DNA from: an uncultured Spirochaetota bacterium
GTDB taxonomy: Bacteria; Spirochaetota; Spirochaetia; SZUA-6; Fen-1364
DNA length: 64,000 bases
Assembly: GCA_963734545.1 (NCBI GenBank)
Contig: CAVTHO010000005.1
Location: 64,001-128,000, forward strand
Reading direction: 5' to 3'
The translations under genes were made by a program, and so were the position numbers. Positions 29,692 to 39,594 of the stretch are shown here, one piece after another (the stretch's first letter is position 1; each line of letters opens with the position of its first letter). The notes beneath the pieces were generated by a model. The model was not told the origin of the DNA and made no database searches. It worked only from the letters and a program-made list of their open reading frames with translations.

Positions 29692-31066
29692 CTACTTGTG
29701 GGCTTTTTCCTCGGTATTCTTGAGCCGCTCCTCGACGACCTTCTTCACCTGCGCGTCGAAATCGGGGTAACGGACGCGCAGGGCGTCGAAGTCGGACTTC
29801 GACAGCTTGTACACGTCGCAGTAGGTGAGGGCGCGGATGCTCGCCATTGCGGTTCTCTCCCTGGATGAGGGCTGTCTCGCCGAAGGGCGAGCCCTGGCCG
29901 AGCTGGGCGACGCGCGGCGCCTCCCACGAGCACCTCCACGTCCCCCTCGACAGGAAATACATGCAGTCGCCGAATTCGCCCTGGCGGATGATGTAGTCAT
30001 CCGGCAGAAACACCATGGGCTGAAGGAGCTGCACGATTTCGCGGATGAAGATCTCGTTCGCGTTCTTGAAGAGGGACACCTTCTGGAGGATCTTCTGGTT
30101 CATGAAGAGCAGGATCTCCATGGAGAGGGTGTGGGGAAGCTCCTCCGTGATGGATACCGACGAGATGCTCTTGCGCGTCTCCCACAGGTACGCGTAGTAG
30201 TCGCGCACCCGCTTCTGCAGCGGGCCGGGCACTCGCTTGGTGCGCAGGAAGTCGTTGATCTCCTCCATCTTCGTCCTGGTAGCTGGCGCGCGCGACGTCG
30301 AGGTTGGCGATGAGGGTGGCCACGTTACCGATGATGTACCCGTACATACCCACGCCGAAAATCATCACGACGATGGTGTAGATGATCTGCGCGTTGCTGT
30401 CATGGCTGGGCGTGTAGTCCCCGTAGCCGATGGTGGCGATGGTGGTCACGCACCAGTACAACACCGCGCAGGTACTGGTCGAACGCGGGCCGGGCCCTTT
30501 CGCTGGCCCCGATGAGCACCCAGCCGCACGCCATGAGGTGGATGACGGTGACGAACCAGAAGGCAAAGGTCACCAGGCGCATGAGAGCGGGATTCACGCT
30601 CAGGCTCTCGCGGATGTCACGGAAGATGGCGCTCACCTTGCTGATCTTGGCCATCTTCAAGACCTTGGTGAACACGATGACGTCCAGGAGGCAGAGCTCT
30701 GGACGTCGTCGCGCTTGTCACGGCGCTGAAAGACAGGGAGAAGAGCGCAGTGAAAGGGATGGCGGCAATGACATCGACGCGAACCAGCCGCGCAGGTACT
30801 GCCGCGCAATGCTCCGCCTGTCCGCGTACAGAACGAGGCCTTTCTTGACTGCCTGGTTGAAGGTGTACGGAATGTCGAGAAGGTAGACTGCCGTGATCAG
30901 CCAGTACACCGTGTCGAGCTGAAGATAGCGGAATGTGAGGCGATAGGATGTGATGATCGTGCCGGCAAGGGCGGCAGAAGATGAGGAACGCGTTGTAGAC
31001 GACCTTTGCCGTGCCGTCATAGCGGAAAACGGGGATTGCGCGGAGAATTTTCCTTGCATCGAACAT
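29692..31066 (-). CDS. Cyclic-nucleotide-gated K+ channel (SthK-like), several frameshifts
   Basis: TTIATIGYGD filter, C-linker RVRDYYAYLW, CNBD FGETAL...ASIRALTYCDVYKLSK in ORFs 30718/30400/29997/28262/29692. Confidence 0.85.
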
Positions 31067-31136
31067 CCACTTGAATAGTATAGTGACGGCGAAACCCGTT
31101 TCAAGAAAACCTGAGGCTCCAGAAGGATTGCACACC

Positions 31137-31988
31137 ATGAAACAGTTCTTATTGCGGACGGTCTTTCTTGTTATAGTGCTTGCCGGAAATGCGAGCACAG
31201 GTATGACTGAAAACATTATCCTGGCGGACTCTCCTGCCGCGGCCGACTGGAAAGAGCCGGCAGGGATGACACTCGTCTGGCAGGACGCGTTCAACGGCAC
31301 GGCGATCAACACCTCGGACTGGGGATACGAAACAGTCGAGACAGGATGGAGCCCGTCCTGGAACAAGGAGTGGCAACGCTACACGGACAACGCCACCGGC
31401 GGTCCCAACGCCTTTATCGAAGCCGGCAGCCTCGTCATCAAGGCCATGAAAACAAATGGCGGCGACGGCGGATATACCGCTGCCCGCATGGTCACGAAGG
31501 GGAAAAAGCATTGGAAACACGGTGTCATTGCCGCCAGGATGAAGCTCCCCTCCGGCCAGGGGATCTGGCCCGCCTTCTGGATGCTCCCTGAAAAGGGGAC
31601 CTGGCCCCGGGCGGGCGAGATCGACATCATGGAGCTGATCGGCGGCGGCCCGGGCCGCGACAACAGGATGTACGGGACACTCCACGGCCCGGGGTACTCC
31701 GGCGCCGGTGGCATCCAGGGAAGCTGCAGCCTTTCGAGCAGGAACTTCAGCGACGCGTACCATGTCTTCGAGATCAGATGGAGCACGGGAAGGATAGAAT
31801 GGTATGTCGATGGACAACTTTTCCACACGGTAACGAAAGGGATGGTCCCCGGCACCTGGCCGTTTGACGATGGCGATTTCTACATACTCTTCAATCTGGC
31901 CGTAGGCGGCTTATGGCCGGGATATCCTGATGCGGCGACGGTTTTCCCCCAGGTCATGTCGATCGACTGGGTGAGGGTGTACCAGTAG
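31137..31988 (+). CDS. Secreted GH16 glycoside hydrolase (beta-1,3-glucanase-like)
   Basis: Signal peptide; GIWPAFWML, catalytic GEIDIME and NLAVGG.WPG. Confidence 0.92.
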   Translation: MKQFLLRTVFLVIVLAGNASTGMTENIILADSPAAADWKEPAGMTLVWQDAFNGTAINTSDWGYETVETGWSPSWNKEWQRYTDNATGGPNAFIEAGSLVIKAMKTNGGDGGYTAARMVTKGKKHWKHGVIAARMKLPSGQGIWPAFWMLPEKGTWPRAGEIDIMELIGGGPGRDNRMYGTLHGPGYSGAGGIQGSCSLSSRNFSDAYHVFEIRWSTGRIEWYVDGQLFHTVTKGMVPGTWPFDDGDFYILFNLAVGGLWPGYPDAATVFPQVMSIDWVRVYQ

Positions 31989-31989
31989 C

Positions 31990-33217
31990 TCAGATCACGA
32001 GGGAGTAGCAGTCTTCGAGCAGCGTCTTGATCCTGCCGAGAAAAGCGGCGGCCGGCGCACCATCGATGTGACGGTGGTCGTGCGTGAGGCAGAGGCTCAT
32101 GAGCTGACGGGACTCGATGCCTCCGCCCCTCGCGGAGGTCCGGAAGGCCTCCTCGATCGCACCCACGCCGAGGATCGCGCTTTCCGGGATGTTGATAAGA
32201 GGAGTGAACTCCGTAATCCCGTACATGCCGAGATTGGTAATCGTGAACGTACCTCCCCGGTATTCTTCGGGCGCGAGCGTTCCTGCCCGCGCGCGGTCCG
32301 CCAGCTCCCGGGCGGCTGCCGCGATCTGTCGGACGCCGAGCGTGTCCGCATCGCCGGACGACGGGCACGATGAGCCCTGCCTCCAGCGCGACCGCGATGC
32401 CGATGTTGATTTCCTTCAGCAAGAGGATCCTGTCTGCCTCGATGACGGAGTTTATGAGAGGGTGCTCCCGCAGCGCCAGGGCAACGGCCCGCAGGACAAA
32501 ATCGGTGTAGGAGATTTTCGGGGCGCCGCGGTACTCCGCGGATTGGGCGCCGCGGTACTCCGCGCCGTCTGCGTTCATGCGCGCGCGAAGCGACACGAGC
32601 TCGGTGACATCCGCCCGTGTAATCAGCGTGACCGATGGTACCTGCTGGTGGCTGCGAAGCATCTTCTCGACTATCGCGCGCCTCATGCCGGTCAACGGCA
32701 GGGAGTCTCCTTGTGCCGGGGAGAAGTCCCTCAGGCGAACTGCCCCGCCGGGGCCTGATCCGGCAACAGAGGAGAGGGCGATCCCGGTCCGGGCTGCATA
32801 TGCGCGCGCAGCCGGGGTTGCCGGCGGCTTCCCGGCGGCTGCATCCGCAGGCGGCCCGGCCGAGGCAGGCGCGGAGACGGCAGGCGCGACAGCGTCTGCC
32901 CCGTCCGCGGTGTCGTGAGTGCCGGCGGCCGGCATCTGGTGCGGCGGCTCTTTTTCCGGACCGGTCGGGACTTCCTCCCCCGGCACGCCGATCCACGCGA
33001 TGGTGTGCGTTGCCTTGACCACCTCGCCATCACCGTGCACGACCGCCAGCAGAGTGCCCTCGTAGTCCGACTCGAGATCCATGGTGACCTTGTCCGTCTC
33101 AATGACGGCGATCGCCTCACCCTTGGATATCCTGTCTCCCGGTTTCTTCAGCCACCGGATGACGGTCCCCTCTTCCATGGCCATTCCGGTTTTCGGCATG
33201 ATGATGCTGTGCGCCAT
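31990..33217 (-). CDS. Dihydrolipoamide acyltransferase E2 (AcoC/PdhC-like; frameshift near 32350)
   Basis: Lipoyl domain IETDKV, E3-binding ATPAAR...GSGPGG, catalytic THDHRHIDGA in ORF 31990..32226. Confidence 0.9.
32521..32564 (-). repeat. 24-bp tandem REP-like hairpin, in-frame inside E2
   Basis: GGGCGCCGCGGTACTCCGCGGATT followed by GGGCGCCGCGGTACTCCGCG; translates as AEYRGAQSAEYRGA. Confidence 0.85.
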
Positions 33218-33221
33218 GGTC

Positions 33222-34358
33222 CTACTCCTGCGCGGCGGGCTTCATCCGCGCGCTGGTGTCGCGAATGCGAAGCTCAGGACTGATGCGGTACACCTCGTCT
33301 GCAAAGGCTCCTCGGCTCATCGCTTCCATGGCCGTGGTCAGGACGCGCTCCGCAAGTCTGTCGAAGCAGGGATCGATGGTGGTCATTCCCATTCCCTGGG
33401 CAAGACGGGTGTTGCCGCAGCCAATCACCGAGCAATCCCTGCCGGGAATGAGGCCCGATTCACGCAGGCTGCGGGCAACACCCGCCGCTGTCTCATCGGT
33501 GGTGCAGAGGAACGCGGAGCAGTTCGGATCCCGGTCATGCATTCTCCCGGCCGCAAGGGCCCCTCCCTCGATGCCCGGCGCGCAATTTTCGATCGTACCG
33601 GTTTCCGGCGGCGCGCCCCGGGCTGCCAGTTCCTCCTCGAAACCCTGCCGCATGCCGGGACTCGCGGAGGAGAACGCGGGAGCCAGCAGAGCAATCCGTC
33701 GATGACCCAGGTCCAGAAGGTAGCGCACCGCCTTCCGCGCACCCTCTGCGTCGTCCACCACGACCTGGGGACATTGAACGGAAGAATCGGCGGAGCGGAT
33801 GACGATCGTGTTGCGCAGGGGGGCGCCGGAGTGCGCGAGGGAATCCTGGGAACCGGCAGGCTCGATGATGACGAGGGCACCGGCCTCCGCCGCCTCGCGG
33901 TAGAGGCTCTGTTCGAGCAGCACGTCGCCCCGATGGCAGGAGAAACGCACGGCAAGCGGCACCTTGCGAAGCTCCTCCTCGAGGGTTTCGAGAATATGCG
34001 CGTTTGCCTCGTCCAGGCCGGCAAACATGAGGTGCGCATACGGGAACCTGAGCGACATTCGCGGAGGTGCTGTTCGCTCCCGGGAGTAGATGACGAGGGT
34101 CCCCTTGCCGCTGTAGCGCTCGATAAAGCCTTCCAGCACGAGCTTGGCAAGGGCGTTTCTGACGGTCAGATGCGTGGTGCTGAACCTGTCCTTCAACACG
34201 CGCTCGGGCGGGAACCAGTCACCCTTTCGGTAGGCGCCGGAAAGGATCTCGTTCTTCAACTCGCTGTAGATCTTCTCGTACAGGTATCGATTGACGTCGA
34301 CCGGTTCCATGGACCTGCCGCTTTGCGCAACTGCAGGGCGCGGCGCCTGTCGTTTCAA
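33222..34358 (-). CDS. GntR-HTH / LacI-type sugar-binding regulator (AraR-like)
   Basis: LYEKIYSELKNEILSG...FPPER...TVRNALAKL, followed by periplasmic-binding-like domain AVRYLLDLGHRRIA; alternative start 34310. Confidence 0.85.
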   Translation of the reverse strand: MKRQAPRPAVAQSGRSMEPVDVNRYLYEKIYSELKNEILSGAYRKGDWFPPERVLKDRFSTTHLTVRNALAKLVLEGFIERYSGKGTLVIYSRERTAPPRMSLRFPYAHLMFAGLDEANAHILETLEEELRKVPLAVRFSCHRGDVLLEQSLYREAAEAGALVIIEPAGSQDSLAHSGAPLRNTIVIRSADSSVQCPQVVVDDAEGARKAVRYLLDLGHRRIALLAPAFSSASPGMRQGFEEELAARGAPPETGTIENCAPGIEGGALAAGRMHDRDPNCSAFLCTTDETAAGVARSLRESGLIPGRDCSVIGCGNTRLAQGMGMTTIDPCFDRLAERVLTTAMEAMSRGAFADEVYRISPELRIRDTSARMKPAAQE

Positions 34359-34625
34359 GAAGCGCTCCTCCTGGGCTGCAGTGCCGGTGGCTTCACGAGG
34401 CGTCTCAAAGGTCCTTTGCCAGGTCGCGTTTTCCGCATGGTTATTCCTCTATCCGCTATATATATTATCACCGAGTTAGTCAACAGGCAGGACTCGCCAG
34501 ATAATGTCCCGGCTCGAGATGTTTCTTGATGCGTAAAGATGTTTTGATATAATTAATTATATTAAATATAGTTACAAATCAGAAGATTTTTATGAGAAAT
34601 AGTTTTGAAAACCAGAAACTCCCTG

Positions 34626-34664
34626 TTGACAAGATTGACCCTATGCTTTATATAGCGCTATATA
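34626..34664 (+). promoter_or_regulatory. sigma70 promoter with 16-bp palindromic operator
   Basis: TTGACA at 34626; perfect palindrome TATATAGCGCTATATA at 34649-34664; partial copy CGCTATATA near 34454 at the divergent promoter. Confidence 0.65.
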
Positions 34665-34682
34665 CGGTGGAGGTGACAAAAC

Positions 34683-35448
34683 ATGGATCTGGGTTTGAAA
34701 GGAAAAACCGCCATCGTGACAGGCGGGGGAACGGGGATCGGCGCGGGGATCTGCGAAGCCCTCGCCCAGGAAGGGGTGAATGTCGCCGTCAACTGGATCG
34801 TCGGAAAGGACGAGGTCGATGGCGTTCGCCGCGGACCTGTCGAAGAAGTACGGGACCGACTGCCGGCCTTTCTATGCCGACATCTCGAAGGCGGAAGACC
34901 TGGACGCGATGGTGAAGGACGTCATCGCGGCATACGGTCACATCGACATCCTCGTCAACAACGCGGGAATCTGGCCTACCGAGAACATCCTGGACATGTC
35001 GGACGGCAACTGGGAAAAGGTCATCAGGATCAACCTCAACGGTCCCTTCATGCTCTGCAAGCGTGTGGCTCAGCACATGGTGTCCGCGGGGATCAAGGGC
35101 AGCATCATCAACCTCTCTTCGAAGTCCGGTCTCACGTACAACACGGCGGGCCACGCTCATTACGCCTCGGCAAAGGCCGCGATCAACATGATGACAAAGA
35201 CCCTGGCCCGCGAGCTGCTCCCGCACGGGATCCGCACGAACGCGATCGCCCCGGGCATGGTCCGCACCCCGATCAACGAGGACAAGTGGACCGATCCCGA
35301 GCTGAAGAAGGCGTACGAGGCGCGGATCCCGTCCGGCCGGTTCGCCCAGCCCGTCGAGATCGGCTATACTGTCGCGTTTCTCGCTTCGGAGAAGTCATTC
35401 AACATCATGGGCACGGTGATCGACATCACCGGCGGAATGCTCATATAG
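34683..35448 (+). CDS. SDR family oxidoreductase (frameshift near 34810)
   Basis: TGGGTGIG, ILVNNAG, YASAK and NAIAPG. Confidence 0.9.
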
Positions 35449-35460
35449 GGCGCCGCACGT

Positions 35461-36141
35461 ATGAAGATGATCGTCCCATCGATCCTCTCGGCGGACTTCA
35501 CCCGCCTGGGCGACGAGCTCAGGGCCGTTGAGAGCGCCGGAGCGGACTGGATCCACGTCGATGTGATGGACGGGCATTTCGTGCCCAACCTCACCATGGG
35601 GCCGATGACCGTGCAGGCAGTCCGCACGGTCACGGCGCTGCCCATCGACGTCCACCTGATGATCGACAACCCGGACGGGTTCATCGAAGAGTTCGCCGCG
35701 GCCGGCGCGACCCATATCAGCGTGCACGCCGAATCGGTCAGGCATCTCAACCGGTCGCTCCAGCTCGTGCGGAGCTGCGGCGCGCATCCGGGCATTGCGC
35801 TGGGGCCCGCGGCGCCCCTTTCGCTCCTGGAGTGGTCCCTGGACTACGCCGACTACGTGCTCCTTCTTGCCGTGAATCCCGGGTTCGGCGGGCAGGAATT
35901 CCAGCCCGCTGTGCTGGACAAGATCCGGGCGTTTCGCAGGGAGCTCGCGCGACGGGGGCTCTCCACGATCGTGGAGTCCGACGGCGGCATCAACGAGCGG
36001 ACGATCGCGGAGTTCGCCGCGGCCGGGGTGGATGTGTTCGTGGTCGGCTCGGCGCTGTTCGGCACCACGGACTATCCCGCCGCCTTCGCCCGGCTGCGCG
36101 GCGAAGTGGAACGTGGTATAAAGTCCATGGGAACACCATGA
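35461..36141 (+). CDS. rpe: Ribulose-phosphate 3-epimerase
   Basis: PSILSADF, HVDVMDGHFVPN, DVHLM, VNPGFGGQ and DGGIN. Confidence 0.95.
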   Translation: MKMIVPSILSADFTRLGDELRAVESAGADWIHVDVMDGHFVPNLTMGPMTVQAVRTVTALPIDVHLMIDNPDGFIEEFAAAGATHISVHAESVRHLNRSLQLVRSCGAHPGIALGPAAPLSLLEWSLDYADYVLLLAVNPGFGGQEFQPAVLDKIRAFRRELARRGLSTIVESDGGINERTIAEFAAAGVDVFVVGSALFGTTDYPAAFARLRGEVERGIKSMGTP

Positions 36142-37004
36142 TCACCCTCACCAATGGACTCTGGGGCGCACGTATTGCGGAAATGGGCGCGGAGCTGAAA
36201 AGCCTGATGAACCTCTCCACGGGTCAGGAATACATGTGGAACGGCGACCCGGCCTGGTGGAACGGCTCCGCTCCCGTTCTCTTCCCCGTCATCGGAGGAC
36301 TGAAGGCCGGGGAGTACCGGCATGAAGGCAAATCGTACAAGCTGCCCTCGCATGGCTTTGCCCGCGGCAGCGAGTTCGCCGTTACCCACACAGGGGGAGA
36401 TTCGGCCGAGCTCGCCCTTTTGTCCAGCGCGAAGACCCGCGAGGGATATCCCTTCGAGTTCCTCCTTGCGGTCTCCTTCCAGCTCGAGCGCGCGGGAATC
36501 ACCGTCCGCTACAGTGTGACGAACACCGGCATCGCGCGCATGTATTTCTCCATTGGCTCGCACCCGGCTTTCGTCGTTCCTTTCGCCGGCGGAGTGCTGG
36601 AAAACTACTACGTGCTGTTCGAGCAGGAGGAGAATCTCGAGCGGTGGTTTTTCAATGACGGCATGGTAACGGCCGGAAAGACCGAGGAGGTGTTCGAGAA
36701 CAGCAGGACGCTCAGCCTGTCCCGCACGATGTTCGACCAGGGCATCATGATCTTCAAGCACCCCGTTTCACGCGAGTTCACCATCGCGAACAGCCGAAAC
36801 ACCCACGCCCTCACAGTGGCAACCGACGGCGTGCCCTACGTGGGAATCTGGTCGAAGCCGGGTGCCCCGTTCCTGTGCATCGAGCCCTGGCACGGAATTC
36901 CCGACATGAGCGACACCTCGGGCAACATCGTGGACAAGGAAGGCATTCTCAGCCTGGAGCCGCGCGCCGCATTCACGACAGGCTACAGGGTACAGATCGT
37001 CTGA
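36138..37004 (+). CDS. Aldose 1-epimerase family protein (LacX-like)
   Basis: GAELKSL...EYMWNGD, PVLFP, HGFAR, GSHPAF and FLCIEPW. Confidence 0.9.
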   Translation: MITLTNGLWGARIAEMGAELKSLMNLSTGQEYMWNGDPAWWNGSAPVLFPVIGGLKAGEYRHEGKSYKLPSHGFARGSEFAVTHTGGDSAELALLSSAKTREGYPFEFLLAVSFQLERAGITVRYSVTNTGIARMYFSIGSHPAFVVPFAGGVLENYYVLFEQEENLERWFFNDGMVTAGKTEEVFENSRTLSLSRTMFDQGIMIFKHPVSREFTIANSRNTHALTVATDGVPYVGIWSKPGAPFLCIEPWHGIPDMSDTSGNIVDKEGILSLEPRAAFTTGYRVQIV

Positions 37005-37088
37005 CGGATCCCTTCCGCGCTGGCGCGGAGTCAGGCTCGCCGTGCATCAATTGACTCCCGCGGTGGTATCCGCATACATTTTCGGGCC

Positions 37089-37395
37089 ATGGCAGTGCAG
37101 AAATCACGGAGGTTCGCGCGGCAGGTGGAGGAAGTGCTCGAGACCTTCGATTTCGAGCGCGTCCACCGCGTGATGGAATCTCTTTCGTGGACCTGGGCCA
37201 ACCTCGACCGGGTGCCGACCCGGGACAGAGCTCGCAGCTGAAGCCCGCAGGCTGCTCGCGGAGCTGGACGGCAAGCCCGGCGTTCTCGGCAGCGGCGGGC
37301 TTCGCGCGAGCTACAAGGAAGACGGCACTCTCAGCCTGAAGTTCATCCTGTGCGAGAGCTGGTCCGACCTGAACGAGGATTCCCCCGCTCGATAG
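37089..37395 (+). CDS. Small hypothetical protein (~101 aa) hidden by a frameshift near 37228
   Basis: Manual translation MAVQKSRRFARQVEEVLETFDFERVHRVMESLSWTW...VPTRD / ELAAEARRLLAEL...GSGGLRA...LSLKFILCESW; GC3-rich codons. Confidence 0.6.
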
Positions 37396-37414
37396 CACCG
37401 CCCCCCATCCCTGC

Positions 37415-37443
37415 TTGACATTTTTACCAGTAGAATGTAATTT
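37415..37443 (+). promoter_or_regulatory. sigma70 promoter of the IclR gene
   Basis: TTGACA-17-TAATTT. Confidence 0.55.
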
Positions 37444-37464
37444 GTTTAATAACAGGAAGAGATA

Positions 37465-38328
37465 ATGAAAGACCGTGCCCGCATCAAGACTCCCGTTCGC
37501 ACGTATTCGGCCCCTGCCGTGGACAGGACTCTCGATATTCTCGAGTTCATGGCGCTCCATCCCCGGCCCTACGGGGCAACGGAGCTCTCCCGGTGCCTGA
37601 AGATCCCGATGAACTCCGTGTTCCGTATTCTGAAAAGGCTCACCGACAGGGAATATACGGCGCAGGATCCCCTCTCCGACGGCTATCAGCTCAGCACGAA
37701 GGTCTTCTCCCTTGGAATGAGCCTCTACACCCGGTTCGAGCTTCGCCAGCGTGCGCGGCCGCACCTCGAATGGCTGAGCCGTGAAACGGAGGAGACCTGC
37801 CAGCTGCAGATCCCGCGCGGTGACAGGGTGCTGGTCCTGGACACGGTGAGCCCCGAGGTCTCCTACTACATTCGGATCGTTCCGGGCGGCCTGGTCTACT
37901 ATCACCCGAATGCGTATGGAAAGGTCATGCTCGCCTTCATCTCCGAGGAGGCAATCAAGAAGATCATCCCCCCTCGCCTGCCGTCATTGACGCCGCACAC
38001 GATCCTGCTGCGGACTGAGTTGATGAGGCAGCTCGAGGAAGTGAGAAAAACCGGCCTGGGCTACGACAACGAGGAATACAACGAGGGAATACGCTGCATC
38101 GGCTCTCCCGTCTTCGACGTGGAAGGAAGAGTCGTGGCCGGCCTCGGCGTATCAGGCCTTGTCAGCACTTTCCACAGCAATCGGCAGGAGACCTTCGAGC
38201 AGCTCGTCCTCGAGTGCGCCTACCGGGTGTCCAAGGACATCGGATACTCGGGCGACTACTTCGCCGACAAAATCGGCCACCCTATCACCAATCAGCTCCG
38301 CCGCAGCGCCGCAGCCGGCGGATTGTAG
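37465..38328 (+). CDS. IclR family transcriptional regulator
   Basis: APAVDRTLDILE HTH; GKVMLAF and GYDNEEYNEGIRCIGSPV. Confidence 0.93.
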   Translation: MKDRARIKTPVRTYSAPAVDRTLDILEFMALHPRPYGATELSRCLKIPMNSVFRILKRLTDREYTAQDPLSDGYQLSTKVFSLGMSLYTRFELRQRARPHLEWLSRETEETCQLQIPRGDRVLVLDTVSPEVSYYIRIVPGGLVYYHPNAYGKVMLAFISEEAIKKIIPPRLPSLTPHTILLRTELMRQLEEVRKTGLGYDNEEYNEGIRCIGSPVFDVEGRVVAGLGVSGLVSTFHSNRQETFEQLVLECAYRVSKDIGYSGDYFADKIGHPITNQLRRSAAAGGL

Positions 38329-38384
38329 CGCCACCGTATCCGGTGGATTCTGGGCGCCATCGTATCCGGTGGATTCTGGGCGCC
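38328..38384. repeat. 26-bp tandem REP-like hairpin between convergent genes
   Basis: GCGCCAYCGTATCCGGTGGATTCTGG twice; stem CCACCG/CGGTGG. Confidence 0.85.
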
Positions 38385-38395
38385 CGACCGATACA

Positions 38396-39436
38396 TCAGG
38401 CACGGATCGGGTAGGTCCCGTACTCCTTCAGTGTGTGAAGCAGAGCCAGGTAGTTCTCGGGCTTCACCGAGGAATGGATCGAATTGCTCGAAGAAAGGAT
38501 GAATCCGCCTCCCGGCGCACCGACGCGAAGAGCGTCCCGTGTCGCGGCCGCCACCTGCTCGGGAGTCCCGAGAGTCATGAGATGGGAGCAGTCCACGTTT
38601 CCCTTCAGAGCGATACGGCTCCCGAACCTTGCCTTCACCTCGCCGAGGTCCATGCCCGCAATCGGGTCGATGGGATCCAGGCAGTCGATACCGGAATCCA
38701 CGATCATGTCGATGAGGGGCCAGATCATGCCGTCGGTGTGCTTGATCACGCGGAGGCCCAGGTCCTTGTACCCCTGCATGACCCGGCAGAGGCCCGGATA
38801 GAAAAGCCGGCGGAAATGTGCGGGGGACATCAGCGGCCCCGTGCCCCCTGCAAAGTCGTCTCCCGTGTAGACGATCCGGACCCCGCGGGCGGCGACTTCC
38901 CTCGCCATCGCCAGGTTGACATCAACGGACATCGTGACCAGGGCGATGACCAGCTCAGGCTCCGCGGCAATGGCCATGAGGAGGTTTTCGTAGCCCATCA
39001 GGTATCGGGGAATGGAGAAGACATCGTTGAGGTGGACGATGACGGCGTGGGTCTTTCCGTATTCCGCCAGGGTCTTCTCGATAGCCGCATACCGGCCCGC
39101 CGCATGTGGATCCGGCGGCGCATAGCGGGAGAAATCTTCCATGGACTGGATGGGGGAATCCACTTCGACCCCGTGCTCCTCTTCGGATTCCTGGATCGTG
39201 TACCCCCATTCGGTTCGCCATTGGCCGGGAGCCGCCTGAGCACGGGAGAAATCGGGATCCGCAAGCACGGCGTCGAGCCCCATCCTCGCGGCGAACTCGT
39301 TCAAGGACCGGCACCCGGGCGCAAGCGCGGCGCGCACCTTCCTGTCGATGCTCCACTCGAAGTGCGGCACCCGGTCCGGTTCCTCGCGCGCCAGCACCCG
39401 CAGGATTCGTTCTTTTCCCGATAACTCGGCCCTCAC
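38396..39436 (-). CDS. Uroporphyrinogen decarboxylase / MtaA-CmuA superfamily TIM-barrel protein
   Basis: KERILRVL.REEPDRVP, GDDFA..TGPLMSP, KHTDG, LKGNVD and GGFILSSSNSI. Confidence 0.82.
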   Translation of the reverse strand: MRAELSGKERILRVLAREEPDRVPHFEWSIDRKVRAALAPGCRSLNEFAARMGLDAVLADPDFSRAQAAPGQWRTEWGYTIQESEEEHGVEVDSPIQSMEDFSRYAPPDPHAAGRYAAIEKTLAEYGKTHAVIVHLNDVFSIPRYLMGYENLLMAIAAEPELVIALVTMSVDVNLAMAREVAARGVRIVYTGDDFAGGTGPLMSPAHFRRLFYPGLCRVMQGYKDLGLRVIKHTDGMIWPLIDMIVDSGIDCLDPIDPIAGMDLGEVKARFGSRIALKGNVDCSHLMTLGTPEQVAAATRDALRVGAPGGGFILSSSNSIHSSVKPENYLALLHTLKEYGTYPIRA

Positions 39437-39481
39437 GGATCTACCTCCCTCCGGGCATCTGCGCCCCGTCAAAAGCACCCT

Positions 39482-39540
39482 ATCAAATTCTATTTTTTTT
39501 GTAAAATTCTATTTGACAAATACCATTTGATATGTAATAG
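39482..39540. promoter_or_regulatory. AT-rich divergent promoter with three CAAAT-N3-ATTTG-like boxes
   Basis: TCAAATTCTATTTT, AAAATTCTATTTGA and CAAATACCATTTGA; TTGACA at ~39513. Confidence 0.5.
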
Positions 39541-39594
39541 TGTCAAGTGCCGTGAATCGTGCATTCACATGAGATGAGTCAGGGAGGTGTTTCG

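Noticed and set aside
28262-30268. 668-aa ORF suggesting a CNBD fusion
   Set aside because: Only the first ~107 aa are channel sequence; the rest is out-of-frame read-through over the MFS gene caused by an indel.
34500-34620. AT-rich patch as a foreign insertion or origin
   Set aside because: Confined to a divergent promoter region; no DnaA-box cluster, att site or mobility gene seen.
38328-38384. Palindromic 23-26 bp direct repeats (also 32521, 63776, 15637) as a mini-CRISPR
   Set aside because: Units abut with no spacers, there are only two copies per site, and no cas genes are present.
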